The notes under the pieces: model-generated
Told to the model about the DNA's origin: nothing
Databases searched by the model: none
The model's input: the letters and a program-made list of their open reading frames with translations, nothing else
In this document: in pieces, positions 20,626 through 30,556 of the stretch
Layout: each line of letters begins with the position of its first letter
Position numbering within the stretch: the stretch's first letter is position 1
Position numbers and translations under genes: made by a program
Assembly: GCA_001783525.1 (NCBI GenBank)
Contig: MFMS01000002.1
Span: 121,791-185,790 of the forward strand
Source of the DNA: Candidatus Kaiserbacteria bacterium RIFOXYB1_FULL_46_14
GTDB taxonomy: Bacteria; Patescibacteriota; Minisyncoccia; Phycocordibacterales; UBA918
Direction of reading: 5' to 3'
DNA: 64,000 nt

Positions 20626-21648
20626 CTATATATGCTTAGCGGTTTCTGTAACGTGTTCGATCAGTGTGTGTACGTACGAAGCTTCATTATCATACCAAGC
20701 GAGCACTTTGACCAGATCGCCATCGACAACCTGTGTCATTCCAAGGTCTGCAATAGCCCCAAAGGGCGCCCCAATGATGTCAGAAGAGACTAGCGGTTCA
20801 TCTGTGACAGCAAAGACTCTGCTCCAGCGAGGGTCTTTGGCCGCTTCCTTCAAAATGTTGTTCACTTCTTCTCGCGAAGTGGCTCGTCCTGCTAGGAAAG
20901 TAACATCTACAATTGATCCCACAGCGACCGGCACGCGGATCGAGATACCATCAAATTTACCTACCAAGTCTGGGTATGCGAGAGTTGTCGCGATGGCGGC
21001 ACCAGTCGTAGAAGGTACGATGTTTTGTGCCGCCGCGCGACCCTCGCGCAAATCCTTCTTACTCGGGCCATCCACTAGTGATTGTGAAGCGGTGTAAGCA
21101 TGTACGGTGTTGAGCAAAGCTTTTTTGATACCTAGCTTATCTTTCAAGATACCGATAAGTGGTGAGGCGGCATTGGTCGTACAAGAGGCATTCGAGGTAA
21201 TGTCACAAGTGCCAAACTTTTCTTCATTGGCTCCAATCAAAATTGTCGCTCCGGTGACTCCGGCAGAAGCAGGATCATCTTTTACAGGTGCGGTAATAAC
21301 CACTTTCTTAGCACCGGCAGTCAAGTGAGCTTTTGCCTTTTCGTAGCTCGTAAAAACGCCGGTTGATTCTACTACTACATCAATACCCAATTTACCCCAA
21401 GGCAAATTGGCCGGATCTTTTTCACTAGTAAGGGTGATATTACGACCGTTTACCTTAAGCTGACCGTCTTGATGTTCGATTGGAAACGGAGCATGTCCAT
21501 AAGCGGTATCGTAGCGAAGTAGATAAGCTAAACTTTCTGGTGAACCTAAGTCATTTACCGCTACAATTTCAAAATCCTTACGGCCTTCTGCCATACGAAA
21601 AAAAGTCCGTCCGATACGGCCAAAGCCGTTGATTGCCACCTTTATCAT
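20626..21648 (-). CDS. gap: Glyceraldehyde-3-phosphate dehydrogenase
   Basis: MIKVAINGFGRIGR, active-site SCTTN. Confidence 0.95.
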   Translation of the reverse strand: MIKVAINGFGRIGRTFFRMAEGRKDFEIVAVNDLGSPESLAYLLRYDTAYGHAPFPIEHQDGQLKVNGRNITLTSEKDPANLPWGKLGIDVVVESTGVFTSYEKAKAHLTAGAKKVVITAPVKDDPASAGVTGATILIGANEEKFGTCDITSNASCTTNAASPLIGILKDKLGIKKALLNTVHAYTASQSLVDGPSKKDLREGRAAAQNIVPSTTGAAIATTLAYPDLVGKFDGISIRVPVAVGSIVDVTFLAGRATSREEVNNILKEAAKDPRWSRVFAVTDEPLVSSDIIGAPFGAIADLGMTQVVDGDLVKVLAWYDNEASYVHTLIEHVTETAKHI

Positions 21649-21704
21649 GGGCTAATTATAGCAATCAAAAGTGCGTCATCTGAACGAAGCGGTGGACAAA
21701 GGAG

Positions 21705-22433
21705 TTAGAAGTAGCGCGGCAACTGTGGCTTCGAGTACTCGATTTCAATATCATCAAAACGTGAAAGCTGTGAGACCAAGATTGAGCCCTGTTTGACTGA
21801 TTCTAAGACCGCCAAAAACCCCACAATTAATCCGTGTTTTTCTTCCTCCCCCGCCACTAGTTCACTGAAGCGGAGTTTTAATTGCTTTTCGATACGTTGG
21901 TGCAGTCGATCAATCATTTCTTCAAGCGAAACCACTTTTTTTATTTGCACTCGTGGCTTGATTTCTTTGATCGGCAATTCGCTGATCACGCGCGACATTG
22001 CATTGCGCAATTCGTCACTGGTGCAAAATTGATCAGGTAAAAAAATCGCTGTGGTGTCAGGGATGTATTGCCGTTCGTGACTCACCTTTACACCAAAGGC
22101 GGCGCGTACTACTTCGCCAGCGGTGCGGTAAATCTGATAAAGACGCAGACGTTCCTCGAGTTCTTCGATACTGTGCTCTTCTTCCTCCGATAGCTCAAAT
22201 ACCGGCAAAAGGGATTTTGACTTAATGAGAAGCAGAGTGGCCGCGAGCGCCACGAAGTTGGCTGTGCCGGGGAGAGACATCTCCTGCATCTCTGAAACCC
22301 GCGCCATAAACTCATCGGTCACTGTTGCTAGTGAGATGTCGTTGATGAGAAGTTTGCGCTTTTCTACGAGCTCCAAGAGGAGCTCAAGCGGCCCTTCAAA
22401 CACTTCGGTTTTTATGGAGAAGTCGATGGTCAC
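21705..22433 (-). CDS. scpA: Segregation and condensation protein A
   Basis: FEGPLELLLELVEKRKLLINDISLATVTDEF; no scpB adjacent. Confidence 0.8.
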   Translation of the reverse strand: MTIDFSIKTEVFEGPLELLLELVEKRKLLINDISLATVTDEFMARVSEMQEMSLPGTANFVALAATLLLIKSKSLLPVFELSEEEEHSIEELEERLRLYQIYRTAGEVVRAAFGVKVSHERQYIPDTTAIFLPDQFCTSDELRNAMSRVISELPIKEIKPRVQIKKVVSLEEMIDRLHQRIEKQLKLRFSELVAGEEEKHGLIVGFLAVLESVKQGSILVSQLSRFDDIEIEYSKPQLPRYF

Positions 22434-22445
22434 ACTATGATTTTA

Positions 22446-23078
22446 TCATTGTTCAGGGGCAAAATAACCCCCCTTTATCATATGATCGGTCAGCACTTCG
22501 TTAAATCGCTTAATATAAGGAAAATCCTTAACGTATTTGTCTTTGATACTTTTACTTTGCGAGAGTGTTACTCCTGTTCCAAAGCATATCTTTTTTCCGT
22601 TATCGTTGATTAAGTGGAACAAAGGTTCAATTTTATCAATCGCTCTGGTAAATCTAGCTTCTATCGTGGCTTGCTCGTCGTACTGGTTTAAAAGATCGTT
22701 GACTTTATTTTGAATTGAAAGCGGTAATGACCCCACTACTTTTTGTTGAGTCGCTTTTTCATTCTCTCTGTCCGACTGCGTTTTTAGGTAACCAATCCGA
22801 TCGCCGGTCAAAATTTCGTCTATGTCGTGATAAAGAGCAGTCTTAAAGATTTTTTCACTATCCCACACACCTGTTTGTTCAAGTGGTAAAAAGTAATCAA
22901 TCAAAACCATCATTCCATAGACGTGTTCAGCCACGGACTCTGTATCAATCACCTCTTCTCTAGTGTGATGATAACGAATAACCTTCTTCATTTTGAACAG
23001 CTCCTGCAACTTCAGAAGTTCGCCCATAACGAAGCTGTCATCCTCCCGTATTCTTTTTTGCGTTTCTTCGATAGTCAT
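22446..23078 (-). CDS. HD-domain phosphohydrolase, YfbR-like 5'-deoxynucleotidase family
   Basis: SVAEHVYGMMVL ... ALYHDIDEILTGD (H...HD...D metal ligands). Confidence 0.7.
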   Translation of the reverse strand: MTIEETQKRIREDDSFVMGELLKLQELFKMKKVIRYHHTREEVIDTESVAEHVYGMMVLIDYFLPLEQTGVWDSEKIFKTALYHDIDEILTGDRIGYLKTQSDRENEKATQQKVVGSLPLSIQNKVNDLLNQYDEQATIEARFTRAIDKIEPLFHLINDNGKKICFGTGVTLSQSKSIKDKYVKDFPYIKRFNEVLTDHMIKGGYFAPEQ

Positions 23079-23084
23079 ACCCTG

Positions 23085-24476
23085 CTAGTAGGTTTCAAGG
23101 AATTTAATGAGAAGACGGACTGGTTCACCGGTTGAGCCTTTGGCTAGTTTGTCGTGCGGAGCGGCGTCCATTCTAGGCGCGATGTCCAAGTGTGCCCACG
23201 GTATGCCCTTTGGTGCGAAGAAAGAAAGAAAAGCCGCACCTTCGATTGCCCCACCAAACTTACTGAAGCTTGGTTGAATATTGACTACATCGGCTCGAGT
23301 CTCGGTAAGTGGTTTTTTGAATTCATCCCAAAGCGGTAGAGGCCACACGTAATCGCCGGTCTCTTCACCAAGGCGTGGCAAAGTCTCCCGCAAGGTGTCG
23401 TTGGTAGTCATTACGGCGCTTGCCTGCTGACCGAGGGCCACCATTGCCGCTCCGGTTAATGTTGCTACATCAATGATCGCTCGTGGCGAAAACTTATTAG
23501 CATATGACATAGCGTCGGCCAAAATGAGTCGGCCTTCGGCGTCGGTGTGAAGCACCTCGATAGTTTTACCCGAATGAGACTTGATGATGTCGCCGGCACG
23601 CATCGACTTTTCTGAGACAGCGTTTTCTGCCACTGGCACAAGTGCTACCACATTTTTCTTAAGTCCTAGTTTTGCGGCCGCCACTATGGCTGCGGCGACT
23701 GAAGAACCGCCAGACATATCCATATGCATGTCGTGCATTCCGCCTGACGGTTTGATGTTGAGACCACCAGTGTCGTAAGTAACACCTTTACCGATTAGAA
23801 CGATCGGTTTTTCCTTCGGCTTGCCGCCTTTGTATTCCATTATCACAAAGCGCGGCATATCGTCGGCACCTTTTCCAACTGCCCATAGAGCATGAAGGCC
23901 TTCTTTCTTGATCTGCTTTTCGTCAAAGACAGTGACTTTGATCTTGGTGCCTTTGGCCAACTTCTTGATGCTTTCACCAAACAGGCGCGGTGTCATGTCG
24001 TCCCCTGGAGTATTGGCGATATCGCGCGCTTGGTTGACGTGTTCGCCGATCAGAATGCCTCGCTTTAAGGCGCTCTGTTGGCCGGAAGCTTCGCTTCCGG
24101 CCAACACCACCTCTTTTAACTCATTTTTCTTGTTCCCTGTTTTATAAGTGTGGAATTCGTAATTGGCTATCAGAACATTTTCCGCTATCGTCTGCCAAAA
24201 CCAGTCACCTCCAAAACCTTTCAATCGAATGAAAGGTTTTGGATCTATCGTCCAGAATAGTTTTTCGATTTTGTGGGACTTAGCTGTTCGAATGATGTTT
24301 CGTATTAACGCTATAAATTTCCGGTTGTTGATTTCGGAAAGTTTGCCAGCAGGGAAACGCAATTCAGTTTGTCCGCTTTTTGTTTCGACAAAGCGATGAC
24401 CGCTTTTCTCATCGGTCAATATCACTGTGACGTAATCCTTAGCTGCGGTTTCGCTTTTACTCGTTTTTACTATCAT
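23085..24476 (-). CDS. pepA: Leucyl aminopeptidase (M17 family)
   Basis: NTPGDDMTP, VGKGVTYDTGG, MHDMHMDMSGG, HLDIAPRMD motifs. Confidence 0.9.
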   Translation of the reverse strand: MIVKTSKSETAAKDYVTVILTDEKSGHRFVETKSGQTELRFPAGKLSEINNRKFIALIRNIIRTAKSHKIEKLFWTIDPKPFIRLKGFGGDWFWQTIAENVLIANYEFHTYKTGNKKNELKEVVLAGSEASGQQSALKRGILIGEHVNQARDIANTPGDDMTPRLFGESIKKLAKGTKIKVTVFDEKQIKKEGLHALWAVGKGADDMPRFVIMEYKGGKPKEKPIVLIGKGVTYDTGGLNIKPSGGMHDMHMDMSGGSSVAAAIVAAAKLGLKKNVVALVPVAENAVSEKSMRAGDIIKSHSGKTIEVLHTDAEGRLILADAMSYANKFSPRAIIDVATLTGAAMVALGQQASAVMTTNDTLRETLPRLGEETGDYVWPLPLWDEFKKPLTETRADVVNIQPSFSKFGGAIEGAAFLSFFAPKGIPWAHLDIAPRMDAAPHDKLAKGSTGEPVRLLIKFLETY

Positions 24477-25818
24477 CAGTTTCAGTTTTACTTAGCAAGG
24501 TGTCGATGCGGTTTATGTCACGAGGGAAAAGAGTTGCCTCTTTTACGTTTGTAACGCCACAGAATTTAGCCGTGAGACGTTCTAGACCCATGCCCCAACC
24601 TCCATGTGGTGGAATACCAAATTCAAAGGCCTGTAAATAGAAAGCAAACTTCGTTGGATCAAGGCCCTTGGCAGTAGCCTTGGCTTTCAAGGTTTCAAGG
24701 TCATGTACGCGTTGCCCACCTGTCGTTATTTCTACACCACGGAAAAGGAGGTCAAAGCTTTTTGTGAAGCCAAGGTCGTCTGGATCTTCCATCGTGTAAA
24801 ACGGACGCTTCGAGACAGGATAGTGAGTAATAAAGATAAAGTCACTGCCGAGTTCTTTTTGCGAATACTCACACAACCAGCGTTCGTCTTCTGGTTCGAG
24901 GTCTGGTTCGTTAGTCTTATCAATGCCAGTGCGTTCTTTAATGAGCTGTTGAGCCTCACGAAGCTTCATATGAGGAAACGAGTCTCCTTCAGGTATGAGC
25001 GGCAATGCAATCTCAAGCACAGTAAGATCATCCTGATGGTACTTGCCCAAGTAGTCAGTCAGGTAGCGCATCAAACCGGTTTCAATTCGCATTAGGTCAG
25101 TGTGATCTTTAATGAATCCAACTTCTGCGTCGAGCGAAGTGTACTCACTTAAGTGGCGAGTCGTAGCGCTCTTCTCAGCTCGGAAAGCAGTCGCTAATGA
25201 GAACACTCGCTCAAATACACCAACCATAATTTGTTTATAGAGTTGAGGACTAGTCGCCAAGAAGGCATCTCTATCGTTGAAGTAGCCAACCTTAAACACT
25301 TCAGAACCACCTTCTGCGTCGCCACCTACTAGCTTTGGTGCTTGAAATTCAGTAAATCCTTCTTGACGCAAATATTCACCATAACAACGAGTAATGGCAG
25401 CTTGAATACGAAAGATGGCACGTTCGTGCTTGCGACGTAGTGTAAGAGGCCGGTTGTCCAGCAAGACTTCCAAACTAAGTTCAGCGTCAAGATCAAATGG
25501 GAGAGCATCGGCTTTGTTTAGTATTTCGATACTGGTGATCTCGAGTTCAATATCACCGTTTTGAACTTTGGCATTGACCATTTTTTCCGGTCGTTGATTA
25601 ACGACGCCATTCACTATGACGGCGCTTTCTGGAGAAGCCAACTTGGCAACCTCCAGCACTTCTGGCTTGCCAAATACAACACCTTGCACTACTCCAGTGC
25701 GGTCACGAAAATCAAAGAAGGCCATTTTGCCCTGGTCTCGTCTTACATCGACTATGGCATTAATACAGACTTCACTACCAACTTTTTCTTTCAGTTCTTT
25801 AATTAGTGTTCTTTGCAT
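24457..25818 (-). CDS. Class IIb aspartyl-/asparaginyl-tRNA ligase (archaeal/eukaryotic-type AspRS or AsnRS)
   Basis: N-terminal OB fold, FRAEKSATTRHLSEYTSLDAE (motif 2), GIPPHGGWGMGLERL (motif 3). Start set at MQRTLIKELK (25818); the longer ORF would translate the leader hairpins. Asp versus Asn specificity is not resolved. Confidence 0.8.
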   Translation of the reverse strand: MQRTLIKELKEKVGSEVCINAIVDVRRDQGKMAFFDFRDRTGVVQGVVFGKPEVLEVAKLASPESAVIVNGVVNQRPEKMVNAKVQNGDIELEITSIEILNKADALPFDLDAELSLEVLLDNRPLTLRRKHERAIFRIQAAITRCYGEYLRQEGFTEFQAPKLVGGDAEGGSEVFKVGYFNDRDAFLATSPQLYKQIMVGVFERVFSLATAFRAEKSATTRHLSEYTSLDAEVGFIKDHTDLMRIETGLMRYLTDYLGKYHQDDLTVLEIALPLIPEGDSFPHMKLREAQQLIKERTGIDKTNEPDLEPEDERWLCEYSQKELGSDFIFITHYPVSKRPFYTMEDPDDLGFTKSFDLLFRGVEITTGGQRVHDLETLKAKATAKGLDPTKFAFYLQAFEFGIPPHGGWGMGLERLTAKFCGVTNVKEATLFPRDINRIDTLLSKTETDDSKNE

Positions 25819-26005
25819 AGTTTTTGTCGCTGCGAAAACAGAAATCCTCGCAACAAATTTAATTGTTGCGAGGACGCTGAAGGAGAATCTTCCGCGCGGT
25901 GCCACCTCGCTTCTCGAGCTTAGCTCGAGCACTCTATGCGATTGTTAATAGTAACCTCCGCGGTTGTCAGCCACATCGTTGGTTATCCGAATATTAGCAT
26001 TTGTC
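25819..26005 (-). promoter_or_regulatory. T-box riboswitch-like leader with terminator/antiterminator, upstream of aspS
   Basis: In the minus-strand sense, GCGAGGUGGCACCGCGCGG (plus 25892-25910) matches the T-box consensus AGGGUGGNACCGCG. It is followed by the hairpin CCUCGCAACAA-UUAAA-UUGUUGCGAGG plus a U-tract (plus 25832-25873), whose 5' arm is complementary to the GCGAGG that precedes the UGGC bulge. Confidence 0.55.
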
Positions 26006-26944
26006 CTAGATAATGCCAATTTTCTGACGAACCTGAACCATCTTAGTAGCTGCCTCGGCGCGGGCGGCTTCGCCGCCCGCCTTCAACACCTCCGCCACCA
26101 TCTCATCGGTAATACTCTCACGCTTCTCTCGCATTGGACCAACTAATGCTTCAACGTCACTAAGTAGAGCTTCTTTTAAGTTTTTATACTTACCCTTGTT
26201 TTCTTCGTAAATTTTTTCTAGTTCGTCCTCACTTCTGAGGAGTTTGTGGATAGCATAAACATTTTCTGGGCGGTCGCCAGTGGAGTCAGTGACTATTCCC
26301 ATTACGGCCTTTTGTACTTCTTCTTTTGTACCAAAAAGTGGGATGGTGTTTTTGTAGCTCTTCGACATCTTTTGACCATCTGTGCCTGGCACAGTGCCGA
26401 CACCCGCTACTATCTTTTCAGTAGGCTCCTTGAATAAGTCTCCGTAAGCCACGTTAAATTTCTTGGCGGCTTCGCGAGCATACTCAACGTGTTGTTGTTG
26501 ATCGCGACCAACGGGAACAATGTCGGTATCGTAAAGCAAAATATCAGCTGCCATTAGCATTGGGTAGTTGAACAAACCGGCATTAGCCTCCAATCCTTTT
26601 GCTACCTTATCTTTGTAGGCGTGGGCTAGTTCGAGATATTTCACAGGTATCAGACATTCAAAAATCCAAGCTAGTTCAGTATGTTCTGGTACGTCTGATT
26701 GTTTGAAAATAACTGCCTTTTTTGGATCGACGCCAGCGGCGAGGTAATCCTTCACTACGTCAATGGTGTTGCGACGAAGTAGGTCACTGTTTTTAAGAGT
26801 GGTGAGAGAGTGATAGTTGGCGACCATTAAGTGACTATCGTATTCCTCGTACGTATCAACAAAAGGTTTTAAAGCCCCGAAGTAATTACCGATATGTAAT
26901 GCGCCCGAGGGTTGGAGTCCAGTGAATAACCGCTTTTTAGACAT
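26006..26944 (-). CDS. trpS: Tryptophan--tRNA ligase
   Basis: TGLQPSGALHIGNY (HIGH region), KMSKS. Confidence 0.9.
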   Translation of the reverse strand: MSKKRLFTGLQPSGALHIGNYFGALKPFVDTYEEYDSHLMVANYHSLTTLKNSDLLRRNTIDVVKDYLAAGVDPKKAVIFKQSDVPEHTELAWIFECLIPVKYLELAHAYKDKVAKGLEANAGLFNYPMLMAADILLYDTDIVPVGRDQQQHVEYAREAAKKFNVAYGDLFKEPTEKIVAGVGTVPGTDGQKMSKSYKNTIPLFGTKEEVQKAVMGIVTDSTGDRPENVYAIHKLLRSEDELEKIYEENKGKYKNLKEALLSDVEALVGPMREKRESITDEMVAEVLKAGGEAARAEAATKMVQVRQKIGII

Positions 26945-26970
26945 TTTTTAATATTAACAAATGAACTCCT

Positions 26971-27456
26971 TTAAAGAAAGAAAAGTACTACGAGTGGCAA
27001 TATAAGCCACAAAAAAGCTAATTTTTCAGACAGTAAGAATTCTGGGAGCGGAGTGCCGGTCGGTATGACGGCATCGACTGGCAAAAAGTGAGTACTGAGT
27101 GTCAGTACCAAAACTGTGAAAAGGCCGGCGAGGAGAAGTTTTTTACCAATGGTTTCAAAAGCACTTTCTAGGTATTCTCGTGGCATCAGACGACTAAATA
27201 ATAAAGCCGATATTATCGTAAATCCAACAAATACCACCAGTGCGATAGCAGCAGAAGCGCTTTTGCCAGCGGCATTTTCGGTCAGCGTTTCTAAGTAAGG
27301 AAAATTGGTGTATAGAAAAAGTCCAAGATAGGCACCCATCATTACATTAATAAGCGCTTGTCGGCCTTTGGCCATTGCTAAGGCAAGACCAAGAACAAAA
27401 GCACCAAGCAAAAAGAACCAGCCGTTTAATATAGAAAGAATGACGTCAAAATCCAT
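26971..27456 (-). CDS. CvpA-like multi-pass membrane protein (hypothetical)
   Basis: 4-5 TM helices; the MDFDVILSI... start resembles CvpA. The start is placed after the dnaJ terminator, which lies inside the longer ORF. Confidence 0.4.
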   Translation of the reverse strand: MDFDVILSILNGWFFLLGAFVLGLALAMAKGRQALINVMMGAYLGLFLYTNFPYLETLTENAAGKSASAAIALVVFVGFTIISALLFSRLMPREYLESAFETIGKKLLLAGLFTVLVLTLSTHFLPVDAVIPTGTPLPEFLLSEKLAFLWLILPLVVLFFL

Positions 27457-27496
27457 AATGACAATTGTACAATTGTAAGTACATTCTCGAAGTGGT

Positions 27497-27534
27497 GCTA
27501 GGTGGATAGAAAACGCGGCGTGGCCATTGGCCAC
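27497..27534 (-). terminator. Intrinsic terminator after dnaJ
   Basis: AGAAAACGCGGCGTGGCC-ATTG-GCCACGCCGCGTTTTCT. Confidence 0.8.
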
Positions 27535-27551
27535 GCCGCGTTTTCTATATT

Positions 27552-28619
27552 TTAAATTCCTTCTTCTCGCAATTCCTCCACTAGCTTCTGTGCTTTCCGT
27601 GAAAGTTTTTGTGGTAACGCAATGTCGATCTTTACCAAGAAGTCACCGCGAGCATTGCCACGCCCAGTCGGGACACCCTTGCCTTTGATGCGCAAAGACT
27701 CACCTTGCTTCACACCGATCGGTACATTGATATCGATCGGGCCGTCTAAGGTTTCAACTTGATATGTTGCACCAAGTAGAGCGTCAGTCAGTTTGATAGA
27801 AAGGTCGCGCACTAGATCGCTGCCATTTCGACGGATATGTCGTTCGGCACGAACATGTAGCTTGATGTATAGGTCACCGGTTTGGCCGCCCTGAATTGCT
27901 TCGCCGCGTCCTGTCATACGGATCACTTCGCCGTTTTCGATTCCAGCTGGGACCTTGATAGCGATCTCTTCACTCTTCTTCAACACACCATGACCATGAC
28001 ATTGCTTGCACTTCTCCTTAGGTACTTGGCCGCGGCCTAGACAAGCTGAACACTCACGGACGGTAGTGAAGCTACCGAGCATGCTAGAACGTGTCTCACG
28101 CAAACGACCCTGACCATTACAGGTGGCGCAAGCAGTCATTTCTGTATTTGGTTCTCCGCCGCTTCCTTTACAAGTGTCGCAAACAGAATTCTTAGCCAGT
28201 ACTACTACTCGTTCTATACCAAAGACAGCTTCTTCGAGAGAGAGCTCAAGATCAATAGAGATGTCATTACCACGACGTGCACGTGGTCGGCCAAAGCCGC
28301 CAAATATATCGCCGAAGTTTTCAAAGATATCTCCAAAGTCGAACTGAGCACCGCCCTGTGCGAAGCCGCTCATGTTGCTCCAGTCGAAACCGCCAGCACC
28401 AGCATTATTACCACCAAAGGCACGTCCGTAATTGTCGTATTCAGTGCGCTTTTTTTCGTCGCCCAAAACAGCATAAGCCTCGCTTACTTCTTTGAACTTG
28501 GATTCATCACCAGTTTTTTTATCTGGATGATACTGTGCGGCTAGCTTTCGAAAAGCTTTTTTGATGTCATCTTTGCTCGCACCTTGTTCAATGCCGAGTA
28601 TCTTGTAGTAATCCTTCAT
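27552..28619 (-). CDS. dnaJ: Molecular chaperone DnaJ
   Basis: J domain with HPD; four CxxCxGxG zinc-finger repeats. Confidence 0.95.
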   Translation of the reverse strand: MKDYYKILGIEQGASKDDIKKAFRKLAAQYHPDKKTGDESKFKEVSEAYAVLGDEKKRTEYDNYGRAFGGNNAGAGGFDWSNMSGFAQGGAQFDFGDIFENFGDIFGGFGRPRARRGNDISIDLELSLEEAVFGIERVVVLAKNSVCDTCKGSGGEPNTEMTACATCNGQGRLRETRSSMLGSFTTVRECSACLGRGQVPKEKCKQCHGHGVLKKSEEIAIKVPAGIENGEVIRMTGRGEAIQGGQTGDLYIKLHVRAERHIRRNGSDLVRDLSIKLTDALLGATYQVETLDGPIDINVPIGVKQGESLRIKGKGVPTGRGNARGDFLVKIDIALPQKLSRKAQKLVEELREEGI

Positions 28620-28676
28620 AGTTTGCTTTTAGCTACAGGCTGTTACAGGCGCGGTGGCTACGCCACCGCGCACCCC

Positions 28677-30527
28677 TTACTTGCTCTCCTCCTCTGGCGG
28701 TTTCTCTTCTGTCTTCCCTTCTTCTTCCTTATTTTGCATCGCTTCGCCGATCTTGGAAAGGGCGGCCGAAAGAGCCTCAGTTTTGGCCTTTATTTCATCA
28801 AGCGCGTCCTGATCCTTTACTCCGCGCAAGTCGGTGATCTTACCTTCGATCTCAGCCTTCACTTCAGCGGCGACCTTATCAGCGTGATCCTTGAGTGCCT
28901 TCTCGGCGGTGTAGATCATTTGGTCAGCCAAGTTGCGTGCTTCAACTATCTGCTTCTTCTTCTCGTCTTCGGCGCTGTGTGCCTCAGCGTCTTTCTTCAT
29001 GCGCTCGATATCTTCTGTGGTTAGCCCAGAGCTAGCTTCGATACGGATCGACTGCTCCTTGTTAGTGGATTTATCTTTAGCAGTTACGTTAAGAACGCCG
29101 TTACTATCAACATCGAAGGTTACTTCAACCTGTGGTACGCCGCGTGGCGCTGGTGGAATACCATCGAGAATAAAGCGGCCGAGTGGTTTGTTGTCTGCCG
29201 CCAAAGCTCGTTCGCCTTGCACGATGTGAATTTCAGTCGAGGTCTGGTTATCGGCCGCGGTGGAGAACACTTGTGTCTTGCGAGTTGGAATGTGGGTGTT
29301 TTTTTCAATCAGTTTAGTATTTACACCACCCATAGTCTCGATACCTAGAGAGAGTGGAATAACATCGACAAGTGTGATGTCCTGTACGTCTCCTTGGAAG
29401 ATACCAGCTTGAATAGCGGCACCGAGCGCCACCACTTCGTCTGGGTTGATTGATTTGTTTGGCTCTTTGCCAAAGTACTCCTTTACGCTCTCAACAATCT
29501 TTGGCATGCGAGTCTGTCCGCCGACCATAATGATTTCGTCGATCTCATCTTTCTTAAATGGAGAAGCTTCGAGTGCGCGCTTGGTTATCTCCATCGCACG
29601 ATCAATATATTCGCTAGCTAGCTCCTCGAGCTTGGCGCGAGTTATCTTGACCATCATGTGCTTAGGGCCCTCTGCTCCAGAAGTGATGAAGGGAATGTTG
29701 ATCTCTGTTTCCAGACTTGAAGACAGTTCCAACTTGGCTTTTTCTGCAGCTTCGTCTAGTCGCTGGAGAGCAAGTTTGTCTGAAGCAAGATCAATACCCT
29801 CGTCTTTCTTAAATTCAGCAATCAGCCAACGTACGATCCCCTGATCGATATCGCGTCCTCCCATATGAGCGTCACCATCTGTGGATTTAACTTCAACGAC
29901 ATCGTCACCCACTTCAAGTACAGTTACGTCGAAAGTACCGCCGCCGAAGTCGAAGACAACTAGCTTCTCGTCCTTCTTCTTATTAAATCCATAGGCCAGA
30001 GCGGCGGCGGTCGGTTCATTGATGATACGTCGCACTTCAAGACCAGCGATCTTACCAGCGTCTTGAGTAGCCTTGCGTTGTGAGTCGTTGAAGTAGGCTG
30101 GCACTGTAATGACAGCCTCAGTAATCTTTTCTCCAAGCTTAGCTTCGGCATCAGCCTTTAGCTTCGAAAGAATCATCGCCGAGACTTCCTCTGGACGATA
30201 ATCTTTCTCACCCATCTTCACAACCACACCACCTTGTTGCCCTTCTTTTACTTCATAAGGCACGATCGCCTTGTCTTTCTGTACGGCCTCCTCCTTGAAG
30301 GCGTGCCCCATAAAGCGCTTGATGCCGTAAATAGTGCTGAAAGGGTTAGTAACAGCCTGACGCTTAGCGATCTGTCCAACTAGACGTTCGTTTGTCTTTG
30401 AAATAGCTACTACTGAAGGGGTGGTACGTCCTCCTTCTGCGTTTTCAATAATCTTAGGTTCACCAGCTTCAATAAAAGCAATTGCTGAGTTAGTTGTTCC
30501 AAGGTCAATTCCCAAAATTTTTGCCAT
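28677..30527 (-). CDS. dnaK: Molecular chaperone DnaK (Hsp70)
   Basis: [18 protein letters not shown]...; full Hsp70 architecture. Confidence 0.97.
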   Translation of the reverse strand: MAKILGIDLGTTNSAIAFIEAGEPKIIENAEGGRTTPSVVAISKTNERLVGQIAKRQAVTNPFSTIYGIKRFMGHAFKEEAVQKDKAIVPYEVKEGQQGGVVVKMGEKDYRPEEVSAMILSKLKADAEAKLGEKITEAVITVPAYFNDSQRKATQDAGKIAGLEVRRIINEPTAAALAYGFNKKKDEKLVVFDFGGGTFDVTVLEVGDDVVEVKSTDGDAHMGGRDIDQGIVRWLIAEFKKDEGIDLASDKLALQRLDEAAEKAKLELSSSLETEINIPFITSGAEGPKHMMVKITRAKLEELASEYIDRAMEITKRALEASPFKKDEIDEIIMVGGQTRMPKIVESVKEYFGKEPNKSINPDEVVALGAAIQAGIFQGDVQDITLVDVIPLSLGIETMGGVNTKLIEKNTHIPTRKTQVFSTAADNQTSTEIHIVQGERALAADNKPLGRFILDGIPPAPRGVPQVEVTFDVDSNGVLNVTAKDKSTNKEQSIRIEASSGLTTEDIERMKKDAEAHSAEDEKKKQIVEARNLADQMIYTAEKALKDHADKVAAEVKAEIEGKITDLRGVKDQDALDEIKAKTEALSAALSKIGEAMQNKEEEGKTEEKPPEEESK

Positions 30528-30556
30528 AGTTTTATATTAGGTTTAAGGGATTAAAA

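Noticed and set aside
24457-25932. Long N-terminal extension of the aspS ORF (MLELSSRSEVAPRGRFSFSV...)
   Set aside because: The extension is the translation of the leader hairpins and the T-box-like motif. The canonical AspRS/AsnRS N-terminus begins at MQRTLIKELK (ATG 25818).
26971-27534. N-terminal extensions of the membrane-protein ORFs 26971..27534 and 61945..62505
   Set aside because: Both extensions encode GC-rich terminator hairpins (AAFSIHLAPL... and AAAKGRRG...) that belong to the upstream genes dnaJ and atpC. The starts were moved to 27456 and 62451.
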